NCBI RefSeq assembly: GCF_006345805.1
Contig: NC_043007.1
Span: forward strand, 1,426,001-1,490,000
From: Octopus sinensis
Lineage: Eukaryota
DNA length: 64,000 nt
Reading direction: 5' to 3'
Below, piece by piece: positions 1 through 11,608 of the stretch. The notes below the pieces were generated by a model, which was not told the DNA's origin, searched no databases, and saw nothing but the letters and a program-made list of their open reading frames with translations. Made by a program: the position numbers and the translations under genes. Each line of letters begins with the position of its first letter. The stretch's first letter is position 1.

Positions 1-216
1 TAGTGATCAAATGTTTGTGTGGACACAAGCTCACTCCCTCATCAGATTGACATTACCTGTACAGGTGCAACTGGGTGCCACATGTCAGATGTTGATTTGA
101 TTGCAGAGCAACATGAAATGAAGTGCTTTTCTCAAGAACACAATGCAACATCCAGCCTGGGAATCGAACCCATGATCTCGCAATTGTGAATGCAACACCT
201 TAACCACTAAACCACG

Positions 217-217
<1 letters not shown>
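1..217 (-). mobile_element. tRNA-derived SINE with CORE-like segment (runs off window start)
   Basis: Minus strand reads gtggtttagtggttaagg (A box) ... gggttcgattccc (B box), then tgtgttcttgagaaaagcactt (CORE-like). Confidence 0.7.
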
Positions 218-248
<31 letters not shown>

Positions 249-259
249 TATATGTACAT

Positions 260-424
260 AACAAGCTTTCTTTAGTTTCTGTCTACCAAATCCACTCGCA
301 AGGCTTTGGTTGACCAGAAGCTATAGTAGAAGACACTTGCCCAAGTTGCCATGCCGTGGGACTGAACCCAGAACCATGTGGTTGGGAAGCAGACTTCTTA
401 CCACACAGCCAGGCCTGTGCCTAT
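260..424 (-). mobile_element. SINE family A, 5' part (tRNA head + CORE-like body)
   Basis: Matches the first ~165 nt of the full copies at 2541-2949 and 42211-42637. Confidence 0.8.
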
Positions 425-429
425 ATGCG

Positions 430-469
<40 letters not shown>

Positions 470-742
470 ATGTAGGTATGGTTGTGTTTCCTTGTTTTGG
501 CATCGTATGATAGCTGTAAACGAATATCCATGTCATACAAGGGGTGTCATTCATTTCCTATGTTCTGCAAAAACATGTCTGGGCCACGAGGCAGGAGACA
601 TTACCTTGCTTGGAAACAGGTGCCACTTGGTGACGAGAAGAGCATCTGGCCATAGAAAATAATTTCCATCAATAAACTTTGTCTGGCCCGTGCAAACATA
701 GAAAACTGGACATTAAACGATGATGATGATGATGATGATGAT
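470..742 (+). mobile_element. SINE tail variant ending in RTE-like ...ggacattaaacgatgatgat
   Basis: Similar segments at 48770-48990 and 57060-57270; ends in (GAT)n. Confidence 0.6.
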
Positions 743-1176
743 TCTGTCTCTGTCTCTTTTGTATCTTTCAACTTGGCTGGAACTGTGATTTCACAGTTGT
801 TGTATTCTGTGTAGAAACCTTTATTCAAGTTGTATTGACTGACAAAAAAGTCTATCAAAAAAAAAAGTGTTTTCATGTGTCAACAATTTAAATGGTGTTT
901 TTCTTTTGTAAAAAAGTCATTGAATTTTGTTCTTTCTGTTTTTCTTCTTCTTTGCAATGTTTTCTTTATAATTTTTATCTCTCTAACTGAGAAAACATCC
1001 TTTGTTTTTTTTTCTTTTACACTCTGAATGGATTTTTAAAAGCAAAAAGGAGAAAAAATTGAAATCATAAAAATAAGAAACGAAGGTGCCACTTTGTGGG
1101 TCTGATCACTAACATCACACATATGACAAGTGGAACTGATGTAGCCATGCGAAGCAGAAGAATGCATCACTTGTGT

Positions 1177-1835
1177 CACACACTCACAGCCTCCACTCAC
1201 TGCTGCCACTCACAGCCTCTACTCATTGCTGCCACTCACAGACTCCACTCACTACTGCCACTCACAGCCTCCACTCACTGCTGCCACTCACAGCCTCCAC
1301 TCACTGCTGCCACTCACAGCCTCTACTCATTACTGCCACTCACAGACTCCACTCACTGCTGCCACTCACAGACTCCACTCACTGCTGCCACTCACAGACT
1401 CCACTCACAGCCTTCACTCACTACTTCCACTCACAGCCTTCACTCACTACTGCCACTCACAGACTCCACTCACTGCTGCCACTCACAGCCTCCACTCACT
1501 ACTGCCCCTCACAGGCTCCACTCACAACCTCCACTCACTGCTTCCGTCACTACTGCCACTCACAGACTCCACTCACTACTGCCACTCACAGACTCCACTT
1601 ACTACTGCCACTCACACACTCCACTCACTGCTGCCACTCACAGACTCCACTCACTGCTGCCACTCACAGACTCCACTCACAGCCTTCACTCACTACTTCC
1701 ACTCACAGCCTTCACTCACTACTGCCACTCACAGACTCCACTCACTGCTGCCACTCACAGCCTCCACTCACTACTGCCCCTCACAAGCTCCACTCACTGC
1801 TTCCATCACTACTGCCACTCACAGACTCCACTCAC
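1177..1835. repeat. C/A-rich minisatellite, 26-bp unit cactcacagcctccactcactgctgc, with a 272-bp higher-order duplication
   Basis: Unit read directly. The variant block ccttcactcactacttcc occurs at 1411 and again at 1683. The three overlapping long ORFs here are repeat artefacts. Confidence 0.95.
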
Positions 1836-1944
1836 CATCTGCATTCTCATCATCATCAACATTGTTTTAACATTCCCCTTTCCATATTTGAATGTATTGA
1901 ATTCCTTGTTGAGCAATGCCTTCCTCGTCGGGGCTTGTCTCCTT

Positions 1945-2188
1945 GGCGTATAGGTTTCCCACCTGGACGGGACGCCGGTCCGTCGCAGGTGAGCTGCAAG
2001 ATGCAGGAGGAAAGAGTGAGAGAAAGTTGTGGCGAATGAGTGAGCAGAAGTTCGCCATTACCTTCTGCCGGAGCTGCGTGGAGCTTAGGTGTTTCGCTCA
2101 TAAACACACACATCGCCCGGTCTGAGATTCGAACCCATGATCCCTCAACCACAAATCCGCTGCTCTAACCACTAGGCCATGTGCCTCC
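1945..2188 (-). mobile_element. tRNA-derived SINE family G (CORE-like + V-domain-like segments), tail truncated
   Basis: Near-identical to 60961-61200. Head ggaggcacatggcctagtggttagagc...gggttcgaatc; internal cctgcgacggaccggcgtcccgtccagg resembles the V-SINE domain as recalled. Confidence 0.8.
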
Positions 2189-2540
2189 AGTATGTCCTAT
2201 GCTTTCCCTAATTGTTTTAGATATCTTTGTAGTTGTAAACTGAATTAGACACCCTCCTGGTCCCCCTCCTACCTCTTGAGGCAGTGGAGCATCCCCAGCA
2301 TGTGGCAGCTGGAGGGAAAGAGAGGTGCACCAATAAATACTACGTTGATACTCCTCTTCAGCTGGTTAGACTGAAACAGGAAAAGAGAAAAAAAAAATTC
2401 CTGTCCAGGAATTGAACTGTGACCTTAAGATCATAAGCCCAGCACCTTAACCATCAGGCCATGCACCTATAGAGATAAATAGAAAATGAAGAAAAGAGGA
2501 TGAAGGGAAGCCTTATATAAAATCACTTAGATTTTATATA

Positions 2541-2949
2541 TACTCTTTACTCTTTTACTTGTTTCAGTCATTTGACTGCGGCCATGCTGGAGCACCGCCT
2601 TTAGTCGAGCAAATCGACCCCGGGACTTATTCTTTGTAAACCCAGTACTTATTCTATCGGTCTCTTTTGCCGAACTGCTAAATGACAGGGACGTAAACAC
2701 ACCAGCATCGGTTGTCAAGCAATGCTAGGGAGACAAACACAGACACACAAACACATACACACACATACATATATACATATATACGACAGGCTTCTTTCAG
2801 TTTCCGTCTACCAAATCCACTCACAAGGCATTGGTCGGCCCGAGGCTATAGCAGAAGACACTTGCCCAAGATGCCACGCAGTGGGACTGAACCCGGAACC
2901 ATGTGGCTGGTTAGCAAGCTACTTACCACACAGCCACTCCTGCGCCTAT
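2541..2949 (-). mobile_element. SINE family A, full length
   Basis: Head ataggcgcaggagtggctgtgtgg...gggttcagtccc, internal (TA)/(TG)n, tail gactgaaacaagtaaaagagtaaaagag. Confidence 0.9.
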
Positions 2950-4130
2950 GCTGTTGATGATATTTGAACATGGGATGTTATTTTGGTTTCTCAGTTAAGA
3001 ATCTATTATTATTCATTATCAAATATTTTCTTGGTCTTCTTTCCTTGGTCTTCTTTTCTGTGATTCCTCTGATGCTTTTGTGCCGTGTCAGTTCTAAGAC
3101 AGCTTTACATATTCACTGCTGAACAGGTCGTTATTCTCGGAACCCCAGTAAAACGAGTGAAAATAGATTGATAGCCGATTTCACAATGGAAATATTGAAA
3201 CATATAACTATATTAAGAATTTTATGATGACATATTCATTGTTGAATAATTTGTTATGTAATAAAAGGTGCTTCGGGCAAATTAAATTGATGGCCATTTC
3301 AAAGTTGATGTGTGGCTCTATTATATTTTATAATTACAACTTCAAATGTTGTAGCCGTGAAATCAGTCTGGGGTGTTATTGATGACTGTGTTCTTTCAGA
3401 CTTGCTTTCTAATATCTTTCCCAACTTAAAAGTATTTTAAATCATTAATTTTTTTTTTGAAAAAGAAAATGAAATTGTTTCACCTTTTGTCTTCGTTACA
3501 AATTATTAATTGATCATTCGGAATGGCGAAATCTGGTTTCGTGACTCTTTGAACAATTGGTCTTTCTTCACTGTCCAAATTTTTTTCCTTTTCCTATGTT
3601 TCATTCTCCAAGTCCTTCCATCTGTTTGTGTGAATTTGTGTAATACTTCCAAATCAATCAAACTTTCTCTCTCCTCACATATTTTTGTTTAATCTTTGTA
3701 ATACTGAATCTGTTTACAGTACCTTGCACTGAAATATATGTATGTATGTATGTGTGTGCATACATAGAATGCTGTATAAACATGAAAGAATAAATCCACA
3801 GCAATTAAGAGCTCAATTAACAACAGGTCATTAAACTCCCAGAGGTTATTTCAAGGCAGTAAATCCAAATATGACAGACTTGCATCCATATAAATCTTTG
3901 GCTAAAACGTTTTTAAGAGCAACTTATTTAGCATAAACACATGCTACTTTGTCATATTCATGAGTGTTGATTTAAATTAATTTAATTCAAGTTAATTATG
4001 TATCACAATTATGTAATTGTACTTTTTCTCTTAATGAAACAGCTGTTGAATACAGACTTTAAGTCTGGATTATATCTGCAATTTATGCTTGTTTTGCTAA
4101 ATGTATGTGTATGTATGTATATATATATGT

Positions 4131-4660
4131 ATCATCTTCATCATCATCATCATCATCATCGTTTAATGTCTGTTTTCCATCTGGCAGTGTTTCTACAGCT
4201 GGATGCCCTTCCTAATGCCAACCACTCCGAGAGTGTAGTGGGTGCTTTTTACATGCCACCAGCACGAGGGCCAGAGGAGCTGTCATCGACCACGATCAGA
4301 TGGTGCTTTTTATGTGCCACCGGCCCGGAAGCCAGTCAAAACGGCACTGGCATCGGCCAAGTTCTGATGGTGCTTTTTATGTGCTACCGGCACGAAGTTC
4401 ACAACTACAATTTCCATTTGATTTGATATTGCTGTTGATGTTGATGTACTTGACTCAATAGGTCTCCTCAAGCACAGCATGTCACCCTATGATCCAAGGT
4501 ACTTTTGAGTGGGCTGGTTATGCAAAACTGATGTAGGTTACAGCTGTGGACTCACTTTATTTGCTGGGTCTTCTCAGTCACAGCATACCTCCAGAGGTCT
4601 CAGTCTTTTGTCATTGCCTCTGTAAGGCCCAACATTCGAAGGTCATGCTTCACTACCTCA
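4131..4660 (-). mobile_element. 5'-truncated RTE LINE 3' end (last ORF2 codons + 3'UTR + (GAT)n tail); defines repeat family C
   Basis: Minus strand 4660-4553 translates EVVKHDLRMLGLTEAMTKD*DLWRYAVTEKTQQIK*, an RTE ORF2-like C-terminus, followed by the family C UTR. Confidence 0.8.
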
Positions 4661-4992
4661 ACAAATATATTTCACATGGTTCAAACATTATCTGATATAA
4701 AACTGGGTAAGCTTTCTTAAGTTGGACAGATATGGTTATTAGATCAAGGGTTCACAACCTACCCAGTTTCAACACAGACGGGGCTGTTCATGACTCGGTT
4801 GTGAACACCTTAGCCTGGATTAAAACTCAGAGTAGATCGTTAACTTGTGCTATAATACACAAACAAGCATTTGATGATAGTGAGGATGTATGCATGTGTT
4901 TATATACACACATCTTAAGGATGTGTCTCATGTTTCAATTCTATATGCAATGCTAATAATTAATGTTTCTCGTTAATTTCTCTTCGTTACAG

Positions 4993-5195
4993 TACTGATG
5001 AGAGTGCAACTGAATCCATATTAAAGTCACAACAGATCTATGCAAGTCTTTGCGGAAAGATGTCCCTCAATACAGCCAGGGATGCATTCATCACAGCACT
5101 TTGTAAAGCATCGTTGCCTCCACATTATGCCCTGACGATACTCAATACGAACCCATCTGCTGGGGATTCAAATACTGCTGCTTCGCCACCCAAAG
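4993..5195 (+). CDS. MON2: MON2 internal coding exon (phase 2 in, phase 1 out)
   Basis: Acceptor ttctcttcgttacag, donor AAAG|gtaatg. Translates [67 protein letters not shown], matching recalled human MON2 TDEAATENILK...[23 protein letters not shown]. Confidence 0.93.
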
Positions 5196-5239
5196 GTAAT
5201 GCAAAACCACAATTTCACACATTTAATATCATTTCTCTT

Positions 5240-5690
5240 TATAGCAGTGAGCTGACATAAACATTAGCACACCGGGTGAAATGCTCACCCTGAGTTCAAA
5301 TTCTGCTGCGGTCGACTTTGCTTTCATCCTTTCAGGGTCGGTAAATTAAGTACCAGTTGCATACTGGGGTTGATCTAATTGACTAGACCCCTCCCCCCAA
5401 ATTTCAGGCCTTGTGCCTAGAGTAGAAAAGAATATTATTTCTCTTTATGTCAGCGAGCTGGCAGAAATGTTAGCACGCTGGGCGAAATGCTTAGCAGTAT
5501 TTCTTCTGTCTTTATGTTCTGAGTTCAAATTCTGCCGAGGTCGACTTTGCCTTTCATCTTTTCGGGGTCAATAAATGAAGTGCCAATTGTATACCGGGGT
5601 CAATCTAATTGACTGGACCCTCCCCCAAAATTTTGAGCCTTGTGCCTAAAGTAGAAAAGAATATTATTTCTCTTTCCAAAGTAGTGAGCT
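5240..5690 (+). mobile_element. Head-to-tail tandem of family B SINEs (2 units + start of a third)
   Basis: Repeated gagctggcagaaatgttagc...gagttcaaattc...gtcgactttgcctttcatcc...gccttgtgcctagagtagaaaagaatattatttctcttt. The gcctttcatccttt..ggtcgataaa core resembles the Meta-SINE domain as recalled. Confidence 0.8.
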
Positions 5691-6750
5691 GACGGAGTCT
5701 TTACCTTACTGGTCAGAATTTTATTCCGTTTCTACCTCATCTTTTACATACCAAACAATATTATAAGTAGGAGGCAGGTGATAACGAGCTGGCAGTTTTG
5801 CATCCCGACACTTGGTTCTTCGATGCTGTTAGTTCACTCTTTTGCAGGCGTTCAAACCAGATCCTCCCCCTCCCCCAGTTCTATCCTGAACTACATTTAT
5901 TTTTCCTACAGACATTCAGGCTCAGCATCAGTCGTAGCAGTCGCAGCTCCAAGACTAACAGATTCCTATTTTCCAAAAGATCTTTATCGATGCTGCCTCT
6001 TTCACTCGAACTCTCCGTTTGCCCTCCACCTTTAAAATATATTTTTAGTCATGAAAAATTTGGAGACTATTCAACTTGTTAACTTCATTTAATTAGTATT
6101 ATAAATGGCTTAATTAGCCATGTTGTCTTCGGTTTATTTCAGTCTGAATAAGTTGTAATTAACAAGGAAAAACCTGAGATATTTGATGTTCTGAAAAACC
6201 TGAGATTTTTGAAATGTTATAACATTTTTGGTTTATTAAAGACAAATTGTTCTTAGAGTTAATAATACAATTTTTGCTAATTTAATAACAGTTAAATAAA
6301 AATTTGAAATTAACTTATTAAAAAACAAAACCAATTTTGTAAAATTGCAGTGATCTGCATGTGAGTCTTGATCAGGTCTGACAGATAAATAGAAGGGCTG
6401 TTTCTGTGAGCCCCTTTTGTAGATGACCTCAGCAACGATTGATAGTGTCTTCTTTATCACAACTGGTATGTTTAACACATTTTGGGCAAGACCATAATAA
6501 TGTTTATTCCAGTGTATATGGTGACTGAGGACTTGGTACAAGGGATGAAGAATCCAAGCTATTGGGGTTCTGTGATGCAAATATGGTAACCCCTTGCAAC
6601 ACTGGCTGTAGGAAAGCTGCCAGCCAACTAATTAATTTCCTTTCAAACAGGTGGAAAGGAAATAATATACGCAACTAGTTGTGATTACTACATTTTTGTT
6701 TAGTGAAGAATGTACCACTCACCTTAAACTAGGGATTAATGGCATCAGAG

Positions 6751-7835
6751 TAAGAGCCTGAAAGACACTAAATGCACAAGGAAGATTGTTGCCATAGTAA
6801 TGAAGCTAAAGCACACAGAGTGAAGCCACTTGGCACACCTGCTCAGAGGCTAGGAGTGGCTGTGTGGTAAGTAGCTTGCTTACCAACCACATGGTTCCAG
6901 GTTCAATCCCATTGCGTGGCACCTTGGGCAAGTGTCTTCTACTATAGCCTCGGGCCGACCAAAGCCTTGTGAGTGGATTTGGTAGACGGAAACTGAAAGA
7001 AGTCCGTCGTATATATGTATATATATATATATATATGTGTATGTGTGCGTGTGTGTTTGTGTGTCTGTATTTGTCCCCCTAGCATTGCTTGACAACCGAT
7101 GCTGGTGTGTTTATGTTCCCATAACTTAGCAGTTTGGCAAAAGAGACCGATAGAATAAGTACTAGACTTCCAAAGAATAAGTCCTGGGGTTGACTTGCTT
7201 GACTAACGGCCATGCTCCAGCATGGCTGCAGTCAAATGACTGAAATAAGTAAAAGAGTAAAAGAGTTCTCAACACAATCGAGGAGATATTGTGCAACTGA
7301 AACCTGGGTGTCTTTTTGGTCAGCTGAAAGCAGTTTTGGCATAAACTTGGCAGACATGTGTTTCATATCAAAATCTTCTGTGATAATGGGTTGAACTGAA
7401 CAGTAAGTGATTTGACAATTTCCCCTTACAGCTGCACACACATTTACCATGTTTTTCTCAGTTCTGCTGGTTACAGGTCTCCTGGAACATTTGTCAATAT
7501 CGACATTTTTTCGGCCATCTTGGAAACATCTGAACCACTCGTACACTTGTGTGCGGCTCATACACTCTTCTCCATACACTTTCTGCAACTTTGCATAGGC
7601 CTCTGAGGCAGGTGTCACCATGACAGCTTTCTCTGTCATGGTCAATGTGACAATCACATGCTACACACCTTCCTTCCAAGCACTGCTGTAAACAGCGGAA
7701 GTGAGCTAAAATGTTAAAACTTAGTGCGCATTCACAGCAGAGTCCTAGGTCAATCTGTGCCAAGCAGCTTCACTCTGCATGCTTTAGCTTCATTACTATG
7801 GCAACAGTCCGGATACTTATTGATCAGGCCTCGTA
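6751..7835 (-). mobile_element. Internally deleted mariner-type DNA transposon with long TIRs
   Basis: 7640-7270 (-) encodes ASEAYAKLQKVYGEECMSRTQVYEWF...RPVTSRTE...MSAKFMPKLLSADQK (mariner N-terminal HTH). End TA-cgaggcctgatcaataagt at 7835; inverted ttgccatagtaatgaagctaaagca at 6788 and ~7803. Confidence 0.85.
6847..7265 (+). mobile_element. SINE family A, full length, nested in the mariner
   Basis: Matches the family A consensus. Confidence 0.9.
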
Positions 7836-7859
7836 TGGAAGTGGAAAGCTCTATTGGTG

Positions 7860-9062
7860 AAATGTAGTTACGAAGGCGTAATGGGTGATGCATATGTGAA
7901 GAAAGAAGAGTTAGAGATCTCTAGTATGGAAGGAAATAGGGAGTTTCTTTGAGACAACTTGCCATGAGTTAAAGACCAGATCCGGATCTGTGGATGGCGT
8001 AAGGTTGTAGCCAGATGGAACATGACATGGTTACGAAACGATGCTGTAAATAGAGCCACAGAAGCTAAGAAACAGTCCTGGAAAGATAAGAAGAGAGTAG
8101 AGAGGAAGAAACAGTAGAGAAGCCTGACATTAAGTATTTGTAACAAGGAAAGAAGTTGAAAGTGAGAGGTTTGCCAATATTCTGTGATGCAGCGTGGAAT
8201 TTTGCATGCAGTTGGTGTCTATTGGAACTCTTGTTTGCAATAACTCTAAGGAATTTGAGATTAGAAGTTCATGGGAAGTCTTCTATGCCAGTCATTTAGT
8301 TTTCAGAGACCAGTTTATATAAACAGTTACAGAAATTATTCTGAACAGGAAAATGGAGAGAATTGGAAAGCCTCAGAATATAGTTATGAAGGGCAAAAAT
8401 TTTAATTAAAAAGGAAGTAAGCATGTTTGTACAAGCATCAAAGATGTGGCCATGCTTATTATGTTGATAAGGAGTAGAAGAGGGAACTCTGTGCAGGGTA
8501 TAAAATGTAAAATTATGGCTATATAAGTAAAGCTGTGGAATCACAGGCTGTCATATGAAACGGTAAATCCATAGTAGTAGCAAGGAGTCAGAACACACAC
8601 AAAATAAATTCTTTAATATTCTTCAAAGACTTTGCAGAGGCAGCTGATTGCTTCTAGGACACACATGAAATAAATTTGTTAATATTCTTCAAGGGCTTTG
8701 CAGAGGTAGCTGATTGCTTCTAGGACACACATGAAATAAATTCGTTAATATTCTTCAAGGGCTTTGCAGAGGTAGCTGATTGCTTCTAGGACACACATGA
8801 AATAAATTCTTTAATATTCTTCAAGGGCTTTGCAGAGGTAGCTGATTGCTTCTGTTACCTTTGTGATCTAATTACCTGTAGAGATGAATGACCATTGAAG
8901 GCATTGAATGAGAAAAAAAAATGAGGAGAGCTGGAAAGAAAAGAGTTGAGCAGACTCCACGAGAGGTGTGCATGAATGGTAAGGCATAAATGTGGTGAGA
9001 GTAAAACTGGGTACAAAAGGAATTGGATGCAGTGTGCAAGAGAAATAACACATTTGTACAGA
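7860..9062 (+). mobile_element. Decayed RTE LINE ORF2 fragments
   Basis: Scattered frames give TWLRNDAVNRATEAKKQSWK, WEVFYASHLV (LLYADDL-like), a CxxCKLW-like stretch and KLGTKGIGCSVQE. Heavily deleted and frameshifted. Confidence 0.65.
8592..8853. repeat. 66-bp tandem repeat x4
   Basis: gacacacatgaaataaattcgttaatattcttcaagggctttgcagaggtagctgattgcttctag starts at 8658, 8724 and 8790, with a diverged first unit. Confidence 0.95.
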
Positions 9063-9420
9063 CATGATGATGATGATCATCATCATCGTTTAACGTCCGT
9101 TTTCCATGCTAGCATGGGTTGGACAGTTCGACCGGGGTCTGGGAAGACAGGAGGCTGCACCAGGCTCCAGTCTGATCTGGCAGTGTTTCTACAGCTGGAT
9201 GCCCTTCCTAACGCCAATCACTCTATGAGTGTAGTGGGTGCTTTTTACATGCCACTGGCACAGGTGCCAGGGGAGGCTGGCAACGGCCACGATTGGTTGG
9301 TGCTTTTTATGTGCCACCGGCATGGAAGCCAGTCAAGGTGGCACTGGCATCAACCACGTATGGATGGTGCTTTTTATATGTCACCAGCACAGGTGTCAGG
9401 GTAGGTTGGCAACGGCCACG
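9063..9420 (-). mobile_element. RTE 3'UTR copy (family C)
   Basis: (CAT)n-cgtttaacgtccgttttccatgctagc...ctggatgcccttcctaacgccaa. Confidence 0.8.
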
Positions 9421-9559
9421 ATCTGTATGGAAAATGAATAATGGGTAAAGAAATGTCCAGTAAGTCTAAGTGGTTGGATTCTGTGAAGGAGTAAGACTTG
9501 AGAAATACATTGAAGGGGAGAAAGCTGATCTCAGGAGGGTAAACGTAGTGAATGAAATT

Positions 9560-10950
9560 ACAAAAAAATGCAACAGTTGGGCTGCTTGATGAATAGGTTA
9601 TGCACAACAGCAGATTAAAATGAAATAACATTGGGAGTTTTCATTGATCTCAGCAAGGCATTTGATAACTATACCAATTGACATTTTACTGAAAAAAGTG
9701 GAATTCATAGAGATAAGAGGTAAACAACTGGAACTAGAAGAGGTAAAGAATTGGAAATAGAAACTACTTGCAGAATAGAAAGCAATGTGTTATTTAATGA
9801 AACATTGTCAGGGGACGACAGTGTAAACTGTGTTTGGCCCTGTGCTGCCTGACTGGCCCCCGTGCCGGTGGCACAAAAAAAGCACCCACTACACTCTTGG
9901 AGTGGTTGGCATTAGGAATGGCATCTAGCTGTAGAAACCTTGCCAGATCAGACTGGAGCCTGGTGCAGCCTTCTGGCTCACCGGTCCTCAGTCAAACCGT
10001 CCAACCCATGCCAGCATGGAAAACGGACGTTAAACAATGATGATGATGATGATGAGATTGATGATGATGATGATGATGATGACGATGGTGGTGGTGGTGG
10101 TGGTGATGATGATGATGATAAATGACCTACCTAATATAAATATTAAAAAAATGTGAAATTCTTATGTTTGTTGATGATATGAGTATTTATGTATGAGGTT
10201 TGGTCCCTTGGAGAACTGATCTCAACTATGAATGCCATTATGAATGATGTACTGGAATGGTTGAGACTTAATAGACTGTCATTAGATATTGGATAAAACC
10301 AATTAGGTTGTTTTTAAGCCAGCACAGAAGAATATTGATTTGGTAAATGAAGTAATGATAAATGGTTCCCCCTGTAAAAAGGGTTAATTGCATTAAATTT
10401 TTGGGTGTAACAATTAATGAAGATCTGAGTTGGAAGAGTCATGATGAAGAAGGGGCCAATAAAATGTCATGATTGATAGGGATTACTTTTAAAATACGGC
10501 CCTTTGTGAATAACAAAGCTTTACTTACATTGTACGACTCCTTAATGTATCCAATTATGATTTACGTGAATGTAGTCTGGTGTAACAAACACAATTATTT
10601 GATAAATAAAATATTTTTGTATAAAAAAAAAGTACTTTAGAATATTGGGTGGTATGCATTGCTTAGCACATACTGGTCCACATTTTAAGAAATATAAAAT
10701 CTCAACTATATTTAAAATCAATGGAAAAAGGTTGTCCTTCTTTGCCCATAAACGGCAACTTGACATGTATCAGCCTTTCCTCTCACAAAAAAAAAATATA
10801 TAGAAATGACAAACTTTGAAGTCAGTCACTGGGAAAGTGAAGATCAAAATAATTTGTTTGTTTTAAGAATTAATCGTAATAGATTTAAAAAACATGCTAG
10901 ATCATCCATCATGCTCAGTTTACAATAGTCAACTTGACGAAATCAAAACC
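9560..10950 (+). mobile_element. Decayed L2-group (Crack/Daphne-like) LINE reverse transcriptase, interrupted by a family C copy
   Basis: ITLGVFIDLSKAFD (9625-9666), LMFVDDMSIY (~10142), EWLRLNRLSL, IKFLGVTINEDLSWKSH; multiple stops and frameshifts. Confidence 0.8.
9835..10122 (+). mobile_element. RTE 3'UTR copy (family C) with expanded GAT/GGT tail
   Basis: aaaagcacccactacactcttggagtggttggcattaggaa...ggacgttaaacaatgatgatg. Confidence 0.8.
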
Positions 10951-11118
10951 ATTAAAAATATAGATTTAAAGGTAAACTTGATTGTGCCACTGGAATACAT
11001 AACAGAAATTGGTTAGCTCAATTCCATCTTCTCTTGTTTTATTTGTTAAGGAATGGCCTTCGTCTCCTACAGTATGTACACGCCGGAGGTCTTGGTAGTA
11101 AATGTTAGTTTGCATTCA

Positions 11119-11608
11119 TCAAAATTGAACCAAATTCAATGACTGGCACCTGTACCAGTGGAGCACTGACAGCTCCATCTGAGCGGGATCACTGCCAGAG
11201 CAGCTGTCTGGCTTCTGTGCCGGTGGGGATGTAAAAAGCACCATTCGAGTGTGATCATTACCAGTGTTGCCTTACTGGCACTTGTGCCGGTGGCACGTGA
11301 ACAAAACATTTGAGCGAGGTCATTGTCAGTGCCGCTGGACTGGCTCCTGTGCAGGTGGCACATAAATAACACCATTTGAGCATGGCTGTTGCCAGTACCG
11401 CCTGATTTGCCCTCATGCAGGTGGCACGTAAAAGCACCCACTGCACTCTCAGAGTGGTTGGCATTAGGAAGGGCATCCAGCTGTAGAAACTCTGCCAGAT
11501 TAGATTGGAGCCTGGTGCAGCCATCTGGTTCGCCAGACCTCAGTCAAATCGTCCAACCCATGCCAGCATGGAAAGCGGACGTTAAACGATGATGATGATG
11601 ATGATGAT
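11119..11608 (+). mobile_element. RTE 3'UTR copy (family C), long version with internal subrepeats
   Basis: Family C consensus with several ~60-70 nt ...aaagcaccattcgag...tgccag units. Confidence 0.85.

Noticed and set aside
4993-5020. CTGATGA motifs outside families D/E (e.g. in the MON2 exon, 26905, 40981)
   Set aside because: No stem II followed by GAAA, so not hammerheads.
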